Origin: an uncultured Gemmatimonadaceae bacterium
GTDB taxonomy: Bacteria; Gemmatimonadota; Gemmatimonadetes; Gemmatimonadales; Gemmatimonadaceae
DNA length: 64,000 nt
Assembly: GCA_963781585.1 (NCBI GenBank)
Contig: CAWAGQ010000007.1
Span: forward strand, 1-64,000
Reading direction: 5' to 3'
The translations under genes and the position numbers were made by a program. This document shows, one piece after another, positions 8,843 to 19,217 of this stretch (position 1 is its first letter; each line of letters begins with the position of its first letter). Under the pieces are notes generated by a model. That model made no database searches and was not told the origin of the DNA. It was given only the letters and a program-made list of their open reading frames with translations.

Positions 8843-10339
8843 TCATCGGCGAGCCGGTTCGATCTCCACCTTGATATCGCGCCATCTTCCCTGCCGGAAC
8901 CGGACGATGCTGAGCAGACATCGCGTGACGTGCCCCGTGAGGATCGCGGTCCAGATGTGGCCCGGTTGCAGCCCGCTCGTGGCCTGCCAATACGCACAGA
9001 GGCCGAGTGGCACGACGATCTGTGACACGATCGAGATATAGAGCGGGCTCCGCGTGTCCCCGGTTCCCTGCAGTCCACCCGTGTACACGAGTGCGACAGT
9101 AACGAAGAGACCGGACACGCTCAGGTAGCGCAGCAATTGCGCGCCGATGCCGATCACGATGGGATCGTGCATGCCGAACGCCCCGAGCAGCAGCCGCGGG
9201 AGCGTCAGAAACACCAGGCCGACGGCCAAGGCGACACTCACGGCGATCCGGGCGGCGACGTGGACACCGTGTCGCACGCGATCGGGGTGACCCGCGCCGA
9301 GGTTCTGTCCGGCAACGGCGGCCGCGGCTCCCATCAGTCCGACCGAGGTCCAGGTAATGAGCGAGAACAGCTCGGTGTAGCCGACCGTGTAGGCCGCTTG
9401 CGCTTCCGCGCTGTGCTCGAGCGATCCGATGAACCGGAGCAGCAGCACGCCGGCGATGTTCATCGCCACGCCCTGAATGCCGGTGGGGAGGCCGAACCGG
9501 AAGAGCTGGCGGATGATCGACCAGTCGGGACGCCAGCTCACCCCGCGCAGATCGACCACCCAATCCCCCGACAGCAGGCGACGAATTGCGTACACGGCGA
9601 CCCCGGTGCTCGCGGTGATGCTGCCGATTGCGGCCCCGGTGGTGCCGAGCCGCGGAATCGGGCCGATGCCGGGAATGAGGATGACGTTGAAGACGATGGT
9701 GAGGAGCGTGAGCGCGACGCCGAGCCGGAGCGGGGTCCGCGCATCGCCGGCCGATCGCAGCGCGCCGCCGAGCATGAAGAAGACCAGCATGCCGAAGCTG
9801 CAGGTGAAGATCAGGCGGAGAAACGGCAGGGCCTGGGCCTGGACCGCGGGTTCGGCGTTGACGAGGCGCAGCAGGGAAGGGGCGAGGAAATAGCCTAACG
9901 GCGCCAGCACACAGATGGAGAGGACAGCGGCGACGAGGAGGGCCTGGGCGACGGTGCGGTTGACCTTGTCCGGTTCGTTGGCGCCGGCGAAGCGCGCGAC
10001 AAGCACGGCCATGCCGGTGAACATCGAGCCGATGAACACCATGAGGACGAGGAAGATCTGCCAGGAGACGCCGATGGCGGCGTTGCCGGTAAAGCCGACG
10101 AAGTTGCCGACCATGACCTGGTCGACGATGCCCTGGAGACCGCCGATGACGTTCTGGAGCATGGTCGGCCACGCCAGGCGCCAGACGGCCTGCTGGATGG
10201 GCCCCTCGACGATGGAGCGGTCGAAGGTGCGGCGGGGACGGCTCCGGATGCCTGCGACCGGCGCGGAGACGTGCGCCTGGGCGTGCGACTCGGGCGCGGC
10301 AGGGGCGGTGGGAACGGTGGGTCCGCTGGACTGGCTCAA
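8843..10339 (-). CDS. MATE family efflux transporter
   Basis: LAWPTMLQN, RSAGDARTP, GQNLGAG and QGTGDTRSP motifs; about 12 TM segments. Confidence 0.92.
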   Translation of the reverse strand: MSQSSGPTVPTAPAAPESHAQAHVSAPVAGIRSRPRRTFDRSIVEGPIQQAVWRLAWPTMLQNVIGGLQGIVDQVMVGNFVGFTGNAAIGVSWQIFLVLMVFIGSMFTGMAVLVARFAGANEPDKVNRTVAQALLVAAVLSICVLAPLGYFLAPSLLRLVNAEPAVQAQALPFLRLIFTCSFGMLVFFMLGGALRSAGDARTPLRLGVALTLLTIVFNVILIPGIGPIPRLGTTGAAIGSITASTGVAVYAIRRLLSGDWVVDLRGVSWRPDWSIIRQLFRFGLPTGIQGVAMNIAGVLLLRFIGSLEHSAEAQAAYTVGYTELFSLITWTSVGLMGAAAAVAGQNLGAGHPDRVRHGVHVAARIAVSVALAVGLVFLTLPRLLLGAFGMHDPIVIGIGAQLLRYLSVSGLFVTVALVYTGGLQGTGDTRSPLYISIVSQIVVPLGLCAYWQATSGLQPGHIWTAILTGHVTRCLLSIVRFRQGRWRDIKVEIEPARR

Positions 10340-10521
10340 CGCGTGTACGGGACTGTGGCGCGTCGGTGGGCCACGGGCGGCCGGCGAGCGCCGATCGTTG
10401 TGCGACGTGTCGAATGGCTGTCGCCGAGTTGCTGGTTCAAGTTGTCCGAGTGCACGCGGTCTGGCGAGGGCGCGTGGATGGGCGACGGACGCCCCGGCCC
10501 TGACTGGCAGGGAAACCCCTC

Positions 10522-10549
10522 TGGCCTCTGGCCTATGCCCTATGGCCTT
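10522..10549. repeat. Four degenerate heptamer tandem repeats (TGGCCTC/TGGCCTA/TGCCCTA/TGGCCTT)
   Basis: Read directly; lies immediately 3' of the permease stop codon. Confidence 0.55.
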
Positions 10550-10552
10550 CCC

Positions 10553-13039
10553 CTACTCCGTCCGTAACGCGACGTTCGGGTCCACCCGCGCCGCCCGACG
10601 CGCCGGCACCCAGCTCGCGAAGGCCGCCACCCCTACCAACATCAGCACGACCGCGCCGAAGACGGTGGGATCACGCGGCGATTCCCTGAACAGGAGCGGC
10701 TCCACCCATCTGGCGCCCCAGAGCGCCACCGCGGCGCCCACCGCCACGCCGATTCCCGCGATCCGCAAGCCATCCGACACCACCAGCCGCACCACGTCCG
10801 TTCCCTGCGCGCCTAACGCGACGCGCACCCCCAACTCATGCGTGCGCTGGGTCACGTTGTAGGCGATCACGCCGTACAGCCCCACAGCCGCCAAGACCAG
10901 CGCCAGCCCCCCGAACGCCACGAACATCGTGGCGCCGAGCTGCCACGACCGGGTCTGGGGCCCGAGGATATCGGCAAACGGCGTCAGCGTCACGTACGAC
11001 GCACCCGGCATCTCCTGCTGGAGCCGCTTCCGCACCGTTTCCTGGAATCGGCTCGCGTCGCCGCGGGTACGGACGAACAGACCTCCGTTGTTCGGCGCCC
11101 ACTGCGCGGCGGACAGGTAGTAGTAGAATCCGGAATCGGCGCTCAGGCTCTGCTCCTTGATGTTCTCGGCGACGCCGACCACGAACGTGCACGGCATCGT
11201 GTCCGCGCCGACCTTGATGCACTGGCCGATCGGATCCTTGTCGGGCCAGAGCACCCTCCCCATGGCCTGGCTCACCACCATCACCCGCGGTGCGGCCTCC
11301 ACGTCCTGGTCGGTGATGCCGCGGCCCCGCAGCAGCCGGGTGCCGACCGTGGCGAAGTAGTCGGGCGAGACGGCGTTGAGGTCGAACCGCCCCAGCTTGC
11401 GCACAGTATCGATCCCTTCGACGTACAATCCCGTGCTCCACATGCTCCAGAAGGGCATGGACGTCTCGAGACTCGTGTGTTCCACTCCCGGGATCTCACG
11501 CGCCGCGTCCAGCAGCCGGAGGCGCAGCGCCACTGTCCTTGCGCTGTCGAGCTGGACGCCACGCATGTGGAGGTTCACGATCATCAGCGGGTCCACGTCG
11601 TACCCCAGTCGCACACCGCGCACGTTGCGCAAGCTGCGCACGAACAGCCCGGCGCCGATGAGCAACAGCACGGACAGCGCGCCCTGCAGCACCAGCAGTC
11701 CGGTGCGCGCGCGCGATCGTGTGTACGTCCCCTCCCGTGATCCGGCCTTGAGGTCGGACGTCAGGTCGGCGCGCCGTGCCTGCAGCACGGGCGCCAGCCC
11801 GGTGAGCAGCCCCACCGCAACCGCCGCCGCGGCGGCGTAGAGCACCGTGCGCGGATCGCGCAGCCCGGTCGGGGCTTCGCTCTTCGCCATCAGGCCGGCG
11901 CGCAGCGCCGCCCCGCCCCAGTGCGCCAGAACGAGGCCCAGCGCGCCGCCGAGCACACCAAGCAGCAGACTCTCGGTGAGCAGTTGCGTGAGCAGCCGTC
12001 CCCGTCGGATGCCTAACGCCAACCGGACCGCGATTTCGCGGCGCCGCCGCAGCGCCCGGGCAAGCAGGAGGTTCGCGACGTTGGCGCAGGCGACGAGCAG
12101 GACGATCACCGACATCCCGGCCACCCAGGTGGCGACCTTGGCCACGCTGCTGGCGTTCGGTCCCCGGTCGTGGAGGACCGAAGCCACCACGCCGTGCGGG
12201 CGCGCGATCTCGATCGGGGTGGCCCGCGTGTGCTCCTCCATCTCGGACCGGTAGCTCTTGAGGAACGCCTGCGTCACATCGGCGTTCGCGGCCTCGATCG
12301 TGACGCCCGGCTTCCTCCTGACGAGCATGTCCATCCAGCCCCAGCTGTAGGTCTCCCACCATGGCCTGGTCAGCCGGATGAGATCCAGAGCGACGGTCGA
12401 GCCGTAATTGGTGATGGGGATGTACGCCGCCGGCGGCTCTTCGGACCACAGCCCCACGAATCCGGGGGCGGCCACCCCGATCACGGTGTAGATCACGGGG
12501 CCGATCTGGATGGTCGTGCCAAGGACGTTGCCGCGCCCGCCGTACTGCACCTGCCACATCGGATAACTCAGCACCGCGACTGCGGTCCCGCTCGGCGGCT
12601 GGTCTTCCGCGTCGGTGAAATAGCGTCCGAGGGCCGGTGGCGCATCGAACAAACCGAAGAAGCTCGCGCTCACCACGCCGATCGGCATCTCCCGCGATGC
12701 TTCTCCCACTCCCACGGCAAGGTCACGCTCGGTGTATCCGGTCGTGCGCGAAAACGAGGTCGTCCACTTCGCCAGATCGGTGTAGCGCACGTACTCGCTG
12801 ACCCCACTGACGCTCTCCTTCCCCCGATAGGTGTCGTAGAGGTACACGCGGTGGACGGTGGATGGATCCTTCAACAGTGGCGGCGGCCGGAAGAGGAGCC
12901 GATCCACGATGCCGAACATCGCCGCGTTGGCGCCGATGCCGAGGCCGAGGGTCGTGACCACGGCGAGGGCAAAGCCCGGCTTGAGGCGGAGGCCGCGGAT
13001 GGCGTATCGAACGTCGTGCCGGAGGTTGTCGAAGATCAT
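10553..13039 (-). CDS. ADOP-type duplicated ABC permease (MacB_PCD/FtsX x2)
   Basis: LGLGIGANAAMF, ACANVANLLLAR...EIAVRLALG and C-terminal PARRAARVDP; no ATPase domain. Confidence 0.92.
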   Translation of the reverse strand: MIFDNLRHDVRYAIRGLRLKPGFALAVVTTLGLGIGANAAMFGIVDRLLFRPPPLLKDPSTVHRVYLYDTYRGKESVSGVSEYVRYTDLAKWTTSFSRTTGYTERDLAVGVGEASREMPIGVVSASFFGLFDAPPALGRYFTDAEDQPPSGTAVAVLSYPMWQVQYGGRGNVLGTTIQIGPVIYTVIGVAAPGFVGLWSEEPPAAYIPITNYGSTVALDLIRLTRPWWETYSWGWMDMLVRRKPGVTIEAANADVTQAFLKSYRSEMEEHTRATPIEIARPHGVVASVLHDRGPNASSVAKVATWVAGMSVIVLLVACANVANLLLARALRRRREIAVRLALGIRRGRLLTQLLTESLLLGVLGGALGLVLAHWGGAALRAGLMAKSEAPTGLRDPRTVLYAAAAAVAVGLLTGLAPVLQARRADLTSDLKAGSREGTYTRSRARTGLLVLQGALSVLLLIGAGLFVRSLRNVRGVRLGYDVDPLMIVNLHMRGVQLDSARTVALRLRLLDAAREIPGVEHTSLETSMPFWSMWSTGLYVEGIDTVRKLGRFDLNAVSPDYFATVGTRLLRGRGITDQDVEAAPRVMVVSQAMGRVLWPDKDPIGQCIKVGADTMPCTFVVGVAENIKEQSLSADSGFYYYLSAAQWAPNNGGLFVRTRGDASRFQETVRKRLQQEMPGASYVTLTPFADILGPQTRSWQLGATMFVAFGGLALVLAAVGLYGVIAYNVTQRTHELGVRVALGAQGTDVVRLVVSDGLRIAGIGVAVGAAVALWGARWVEPLLFRESPRDPTVFGAVVLMLVGVAAFASWVPARRAARVDPNVALRTE

Positions 13040-13216
13040 GTGTGTATGACACACTCCAGGCCGTGGAGAGTTGGATGACGCGAGGGGGGGAGGGGCGGGA
13101 ATGATAGCCTCCAGCCGCGACGGCGGCAGCGAGAGGTGGTCCCAGATGCCGAGCCCGGCGCCGACGACCCATGGACGCCCTTGCCTTCGAAGCGCGCACT
13201 GCGCTTAACTCAGGCC

Positions 13217-13495
13217 ATGCCCTGCCTTTTCGTCCTCATCGCGCTGATCACGCCGCGCCTGATGATCGCCCTCCTCTGGTTCTTCACGAACTGGTTCTCG
13301 GGGCTTTTCGCGTCGCTGCTCTGGCCCATCCTCGGTTTCATCTTCCTGCCCACCACGCTGCTGTGGTATTCAGTGGTGGTGAACTGGTTCGGTGGCGTGT
13401 GGTCCTTCTGGCCGATCGTGGGGATCGTGATCGCGCTGATGATCGACGTCTCGCCGGCGTCGGGGCGGAGGCGGACGCGTCGCGTCGAGGAGTGA
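13217..13495 (+). CDS. Small Trp-rich integral membrane protein
   Basis: 92 aa, MPCLFVLIALITPRL...LGFIFLPTTLLWY; three hydrophobic segments and a basic tail. Confidence 0.75.
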   Translation: MPCLFVLIALITPRLMIALLWFFTNWFSGLFASLLWPILGFIFLPTTLLWYSVVVNWFGGVWSFWPIVGIVIALMIDVSPASGRRRTRRVEE

Positions 13496-13593
13496 ACCGG
13501 GTCTCTCGCGCGCGCACCGCCGAGGAATCGGAGGAGCACCTGGCCCCAATGGCCGCGCTCTGTGACCTCCGCGCTCTCTGCGCTGAAAACAAG

Positions 13594-15825
13594 CTAGTGC
13601 CGCTTCACCTCCACCTTCCGGCTCGAGTCGTTGAGCACCGCCCGCGTGGAATCCACGGGCGCCAGCCCCAGTTCGTGCGCGAAGAACGTGAGCGTGAGCG
13701 CGGTGTTCCCCACCCGCTGCGCGAACGGCGCCCCGATCCCGTGCCCGGCCTCCATCCGTGTGAGAAGTGCCACCGGATGCCCGGAGGTGGTCGCGGACTG
13801 CAGCGCCGCAGCGAACTTCCGCGACTGCCACGGCGCAACGCGCGGATCGTTGACGCCGGTTTCCATCAGGACTGAGGGATAGGCGGTCCCTTTCTTCACG
13901 TGCTGTAGCGGCGAATACCCGTAGAGGGCCGCGAACTCCGCCGAATCCGACGTGTCGCCGTACTCGGTGACGTTGAAGGCGCCGTTGGGGAAGGTCTGGT
14001 GCCGCACCATATCATAGATGCCGACCATGCTGACCACGGCGCGGAACGCCTCGGGGTGCTGAGTGAGTTCGGCGCCCATCAGCAGCCCGCCGTTGCTGCC
14101 GCCGCGGATGCCGAGGCGGTCGGTCGACGTCCACTTCTGCCTGACGAGCTCCTGCGCGGCGGCGTAGAAATCGTCGAACACGTTCTGCTTATGCGTCTTC
14201 ATACCGGCCTGGTGCCACGCCTCGCCGAACTCGCCGCCGCCGCGGATGTTGGCATACGCCAGCACGCCGCCGCGCTCCAGCCACGCGAGGTACGGCCCGA
14301 TGAAGAACGGCGCAGTCGGGATGCCGAAGCCGCCGTACCCGTAGAGGATCGCCGGCGCCGACCCGTCCTGCGGGGTCCCGCCCATCGCGAGCACGGTGAC
14401 GGGCACGCGCGTGCCGTCCTTCGACGTGGCCTGGATCACGCGCGACGTGACGCCGGAGTAGTCGGCCGCCGCCTTGACCTCGAACAGCGTGGTGAGCCGG
14501 CCGGTGCGTCCGTCGTAGCGCTGCCACCGCGGCGGCGTACTCCACCCCGACCACGAGAAGAGCGCGTCGCTCGACGCGGAGGATGACGCGATACCGTCGA
14601 CGCCGATTCCCCCGGCGGGGAGCTTCACCGTGCGGACCAGAGCACCCGACGCTGCATAGTGCTCCACCCGCCAGTCCGGGCCCGATACCCGCAACACCAG
14701 CATGCCGCCCGCAAGCGGTGCGATGCCCTGAATCGCCCAGTCGCCCTCATCCAGCACGTTGGAGGTCGAGCCATCGGGCGCCACAGCCATGATGCGCCCG
14801 TGGGGTGCGCCCGCGGTGGCGACCACCAGCAGACGCGAACCCACATACGACGCCGTGGTCACGCCCGCACTCCCGTCGAGAGCGCGGGTCCAGCCGTCCT
14901 TGCCGCGCAGATAGACTTCCGCGGGACCGCCGTCGCCCTTGTTGGCGAGCGCGGCAACATGACGCCCGTCGTCAGAGGTGAAAAGTCGGTATTCGGCGAT
15001 CGGGGAGTAGCCGGCGCCGAACTCGGCGGAGTCGTCAGGCACCCCGAACCGATGATGATACAGCGCGACGTCGAACGGGCGGAGGGGAGCGCCGGAGTCC
15101 GGAACCGGATATCGCGCGTACACCACACCCTGCTCGTCGGCGTCCCAGGCCAGCGTCTGCGGTGAGGTGCCTCCGCCCGCGTACGGCAGCGTATCGGGAA
15201 GGGCCTCGCCGGTGCGCGCATCCATGAAGTGCACCGTGGTGAGCTCGCTTCCGTCTTCCGCGGTGCCATAGGCGAGCAATTGCCCCGAGGGCGACGGCCA
15301 GTACGCGGCGATGGTGGTTCCGCCGCCTGACGCGTTCACGTCCACCAGCACCTTCTCCGGACCCGACGGCCACCGCGAGGCGACCAGCACCGGCTGCGGT
15401 TGGGGCGGCGTCTCGCGCAGATAGTACAGCGTGTTGCCGGCAATGACCGGGGAGAACCGATCCGCCGACGTGGTCGCCAGTGTTTCGATCCGCTTCTCGA
15501 ACTCCGCCCCCTGGTTGAACAGCTTGACGATGCTGTCGGTGTACGCGTTCTGCGCATCGATCCACTGTTTCACATCGGGCGAATCGCCCTGCTCGAGCCA
15601 GCGGTACGGATCGCGCACCGTGGTGCCGAAATACGTGGAGTCCGCTGATACCGTCCGAGCCTGGGGAGGCAGGGGCAGGGGAGGCGCAGGCGGCCCATGC
15701 TCACCCCCGCGGCACGACACCGCCAGCAGTCCGATGCACGCCGCGCAGTGTCGAAGCACGATCGTCGTCCGTCGCTGGCTCACCGGTGCTGCGGCGATCT
15801 GTTCTGCACTGGCGTCATCTCGCAT
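13594..15825 (-). CDS. Prolyl oligopeptidase (peptidase S9A), probable lipoprotein
   Basis: DPYRWLE, GYGGF, NIRGGGEFG, catalytic GGSNGG, DPRV and AGHG; lipobox-like AVSC. Confidence 0.93.
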   Translation of the reverse strand: MRDDASAEQIAAAPVSQRRTTIVLRHCAACIGLLAVSCRGGEHGPPAPPLPLPPQARTVSADSTYFGTTVRDPYRWLEQGDSPDVKQWIDAQNAYTDSIVKLFNQGAEFEKRIETLATTSADRFSPVIAGNTLYYLRETPPQPQPVLVASRWPSGPEKVLVDVNASGGGTTIAAYWPSPSGQLLAYGTAEDGSELTTVHFMDARTGEALPDTLPYAGGGTSPQTLAWDADEQGVVYARYPVPDSGAPLRPFDVALYHHRFGVPDDSAEFGAGYSPIAEYRLFTSDDGRHVAALANKGDGGPAEVYLRGKDGWTRALDGSAGVTTASYVGSRLLVVATAGAPHGRIMAVAPDGSTSNVLDEGDWAIQGIAPLAGGMLVLRVSGPDWRVEHYAASGALVRTVKLPAGGIGVDGIASSSASSDALFSWSGWSTPPRWQRYDGRTGRLTTLFEVKAAADYSGVTSRVIQATSKDGTRVPVTVLAMGGTPQDGSAPAILYGYGGFGIPTAPFFIGPYLAWLERGGVLAYANIRGGGEFGEAWHQAGMKTHKQNVFDDFYAAAQELVRQKWTSTDRLGIRGGSNGGLLMGAELTQHPEAFRAVVSMVGIYDMVRHQTFPNGAFNVTEYGDTSDSAEFAALYGYSPLQHVKKGTAYPSVLMETGVNDPRVAPWQSRKFAAALQSATTSGHPVALLTRMEAGHGIGAPFAQRVGNTALTLTFFAHELGLAPVDSTRAVLNDSSRKVEVKRH

Positions 15826-16046
15826 GGCACGACCCCTGTAGGATGCAGCTGCCCATGGTCACGTCCTGGCCGCTCGCGTTGACGGCCCGGGTCAGGACCG
15901 AAGCGCGAGGGTGCAGCGCCTCCGCCAGCGGTCGGTCTTCAACTCCGTCTCCCACAATATCATCGAATGTCGGAAGAGAGGAGAGACGCCGATTCGCCGG
16001 GCGTTGCGTCCACGCAACGCCATTCGCCGGGGCGTCGCGCCGCGCG

Positions 16047-16955
16047 TCAGCGGCCCACCACCCCACCATCGCGAAGCTGCACCTCGACACCGGGGAACTT
16101 CGTGATCTCGATGGCCGCGGCCGCGAGGTGCACGCGATCGGAGACCTTGTCGACTTCCTCGAGAAGTCGCGTGAACAGCCTGTCCTTGGTGGTCCGGCGC
16201 AGCCGGTAGTCGACCACGTAGCGCAACGTGAATTCCAGCCAGTCCGAGGTCGCCACGGTAGTGACCGTCGGCTCAACGCGCGCATTCTCGAGGCGGAACT
16301 TGAGGACCATGGCACGCCACGTGGCCTCGGCACTGCGAGCGTACTCCCCGACCAGCTCCTCGCCGATCCGGGTCAGGATGGACCGGGCGAGCTGATAGTC
16401 GCTCCCATACTTCACGCCCACGGTGAGCTCGTCCCACAGAAAGGGGAAGTCGGCGGAATAGTTGTACACCGGCTCCTTGAAGACATAACTGTTGGCGACC
16501 CGGACGATCCGGCCGTTGTACAAGTCGGCTTTGACCCAGTCGCCCACCTCCATGAGGGTGGTGCGCAGCAGACCGATATCGATCACGTCGCCCTTGATGC
16601 CGCCGAGCTGCACGCGATCGCCGGTCTTGTAGAAGTTGCCGAACGCGATTGCCACCCACCCGGCGACGCTGGCGATCACCTCCTGCAGGGCGAACGCGAT
16701 ACCCGCCCCGGCGACGCCGAACGCCACGCTTGCCTGCCCGAGACTGGGGCTGAACAGCACGATCAGCAGGACGAAGCTCGCCAGGTAGCCGAACAGGCTC
16801 ACCGCTTTCCGGGCCCGGTACCGGCCATCCGGAGTGTCGAATTGGCGGGTGGCCACGCGGCTCAGCAGCCGTACGGCCAGATAGATCGCCACGATTCCGA
16901 CGATCGCCGCGAAGAATCGCTGCAGCCCCGGGTGCCCGATCCACAGATTCGTCAT
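16047..16955 (-). CDS. Small-conductance mechanosensitive channel (MscS family)
   Basis: Three TM helices, GIAFALQ, GDRVQLG and IGLLRTTL motifs. A TATAAT -10 element lies upstream (16968-16973). Confidence 0.9.
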   Translation of the reverse strand: MTNLWIGHPGLQRFFAAIVGIVAIYLAVRLLSRVATRQFDTPDGRYRARKAVSLFGYLASFVLLIVLFSPSLGQASVAFGVAGAGIAFALQEVIASVAGWVAIAFGNFYKTGDRVQLGGIKGDVIDIGLLRTTLMEVGDWVKADLYNGRIVRVANSYVFKEPVYNYSADFPFLWDELTVGVKYGSDYQLARSILTRIGEELVGEYARSAEATWRAMVLKFRLENARVEPTVTTVATSDWLEFTLRYVVDYRLRRTTKDRLFTRLLEEVDKVSDRVHLAAAAIEITKFPGVEVQLRDGGVVGR

Positions 16956-17464
16956 CGATGGCCGTCAATTATAGGGAATCGAGCGCGCGATGAAAGGCGA
17001 GCCGGCGGCGCGTACGCGTGCCATCAGCGACGGCGTCGCGCCGCGCGCGCCGCGAACGGCGCCAGGAGGCCGGCCACGCCCCGGGCCATCGGCGCCGCCG
17101 GACCGAGCCGGTGCGACACCGCACCGAGCCATGATTGCGAATCCCGTCGAATCTTGGGAGCCGCGCCCCGCAGCGCGGCATCGCTGTACCTGATGGCAAC
17201 GGGGCGCGCGGGGAGACCGTGGTCCATCGCGCGGATCGCCGCGACGAACCGCTCGGTGAACCGGCGGCGCGATGGTCCCCGCATTGCGTAGTCGATGCGC
17301 CCATGGTCGACGCAGTAATCTGCGCGACGGCCCGCAACTCCCGCTCGTGCGGGTTCCCGAATACGTACGATCGCTCCTCACGCACGCCGGACTCGTCAGG
17401 TTCGTTCCCTTCGCGCTTGAGCATCCAGTCGCGCCCCACCATCAACTCCTTCGCAACGATCGCC

Positions 17465-17590
17465 GCCCACCGGGGCGAGCAGGCCTTCGGCAGTCGTCAC
17501 CCACGCCGCTCCCGATCCGTGCAGCGCGATGCCAAGGCCCAGACCGGTGACCAGTGCCCCCAGCGACCACGCCGTCAGACGCTCGCTGCC
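17465..17590 (-). pseudogene. Possible remnant of a dicarboxylate/amino acid:cation symporter N-terminus
   Basis: SERLTAWSLGALVTGLGLGIAL...LLAPVG resembles TM1 of DAACS (GltP/DctA) transporters. There is no clear start and the similarity ends abruptly. Confidence 0.35.
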
Positions 17591-17639
17591 GATTGGCGCC
17601 CGGTGTTCGCCTCGAACGGCCTGGATCGCGCACGGTGCG

Positions 17640-19064
17640 CTACCCTTGCGCCACCAACGCCGGGATCGAAACGCGGAATTCGGTACGGCCGGGACGCGAT
17701 TCAACGCCGATCTGGCCGTGATGGGTACGCAATATTCTCCGACTGATATCGAGGCCGAGTCCGGTGCCAGACCCGATGGGCTTGGTGGTGAAGAACGGAT
17801 CGAAGATCTGAGTCTCGATTTCGGGCGGGATGCCCGGACCGTCGTCCGTAACGCACACCACGACGCTGTCTCCATCGCGTGAGGCGCTCACGATCACGTG
17901 GCCCGGCGACTCCACGGCATCGAGCGCGTTGTCGATCAGATTCGACCACACCTGATTCAGCTCCCCCGCGAAACCTGACACTCTGGGGAGATCCGCCTCC
18001 ACGTCGAGTCGGACCGACACGGACTTCTGTCGGGCCTTCCCCGCCAGCACAGATACCGTGTCGGCGAGGCCTTGCGCGACGTCGGTCGGCTCCATGACGA
18101 CGGCGCGGTCCATGTAGGTGAACCGTTTGACCGCCGAGACCAGATCGTAGATGCGGTCGGTGGCGCGCTCCACGTCGCGAACCAGCGCCCGCGCGGTCCG
18201 GTCGGCCGCGATCCAGCGCAGGGCCGCGTCGAGCGGCGTCCCGCTGATCACTTCGGCGAATTCGTCGAGCCGTTCGCTGGTGACGTCACCTTCCGCCAGC
18301 GCGGCGGCCCGACTGGTGTCCGCTCCGTGGGCCGCGAGCCAGCTCACGATCTCCTCTTCGCGATCAGAGCGCTCGATCGCTGAGAACACCCCGGTGGTGG
18401 CCGGTATCAGGCTCCGGTCGCGAAGGTCCAGGAGTCGCCCGCGTTGGGTAACGGTGAGATTCGTCGCGCCCAGCAGCCGCGACGCCTCTTCCACTTCCCC
18501 CAACACCTCGCCCAGCAGCCGGGCGCTGCGCGCCGCCGCCGACGCCGGGTTGTTCAGCTCATGCGCCATGCCCGCTGACAATCGCCCCAGCGACACCATC
18601 TTTTCGTCCTGCCAGTCGGTGGACGCGAATTGACGCGCGCGATCGAGCATGACATGCACGATTGCCGCGGTGATGACCGGGCACTCGCGTATCATTTCCG
18701 GAAAATGATCGCGCGAGACCATGAGCGCTTCGGTTGGTTCCTCCATCACCACGTCGCCCACGACCGCGACCACGCGGGAGTAGGGGAGTGCGCCGGTAAC
18801 CGTGCCGCCCTGCGTCTCCATGAGGTGGCGACGTCCCGTGGCACGCTCGACGTACACGACATTGCGTCCCGTCAGCATGATCACCATCTCGTCGATCGGC
18901 TGACCCTTCGTCAGGTACACGTAGCCGGCCGGGAAGCGGCGGAGCTCGCCACGCGCTGCGAGCCACTCCAGCTCCGTGCGGGGCGCGTGCCCGAGCGCAC
19001 GATGCGCAGACAGGCGGTCGACAAGATTGTGCCGGTCCGCGCCTACAATGACATCGGCGGTCAC
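17640..19064 (-). CDS. Cytoplasmic sensor histidine kinase with N-terminal cyclic-nucleotide-binding domain
   Basis: H-box MAHELNNP, N-box NLIDNALDA, DDGPGI, FDPFFTTK and GTGLGL; cNMP-like N-terminus; AGGAG RBS before GTG at 19064. Confidence 0.9.
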   Translation of the reverse strand: MTADVIVGADRHNLVDRLSAHRALGHAPRTELEWLAARGELRRFPAGYVYLTKGQPIDEMVIMLTGRNVVYVERATGRRHLMETQGGTVTGALPYSRVVAVVGDVVMEEPTEALMVSRDHFPEMIRECPVITAAIVHVMLDRARQFASTDWQDEKMVSLGRLSAGMAHELNNPASAAARSARLLGEVLGEVEEASRLLGATNLTVTQRGRLLDLRDRSLIPATTGVFSAIERSDREEEIVSWLAAHGADTSRAAALAEGDVTSERLDEFAEVISGTPLDAALRWIAADRTARALVRDVERATDRIYDLVSAVKRFTYMDRAVVMEPTDVAQGLADTVSVLAGKARQKSVSVRLDVEADLPRVSGFAGELNQVWSNLIDNALDAVESPGHVIVSASRDGDSVVVCVTDDGPGIPPEIETQIFDPFFTTKPIGSGTGLGLDISRRILRTHHGQIGVESRPGRTEFRVSIPALVAQG

Positions 19065-19217
19065 ATGATCTCCTGGTGTCCCAGAACGATGCACCCGTTC
19101 TCCGGAGGGCGCGACTGCCGTCTTCCGGTCGCCGCGTCTTCGTCCTATTGTCCACAAGTCCGGCGCCGCCGGGCGTCACGCATCGTAGCACGTTCCTCCC
19201 CCCGCTGGAGTCTTCCG

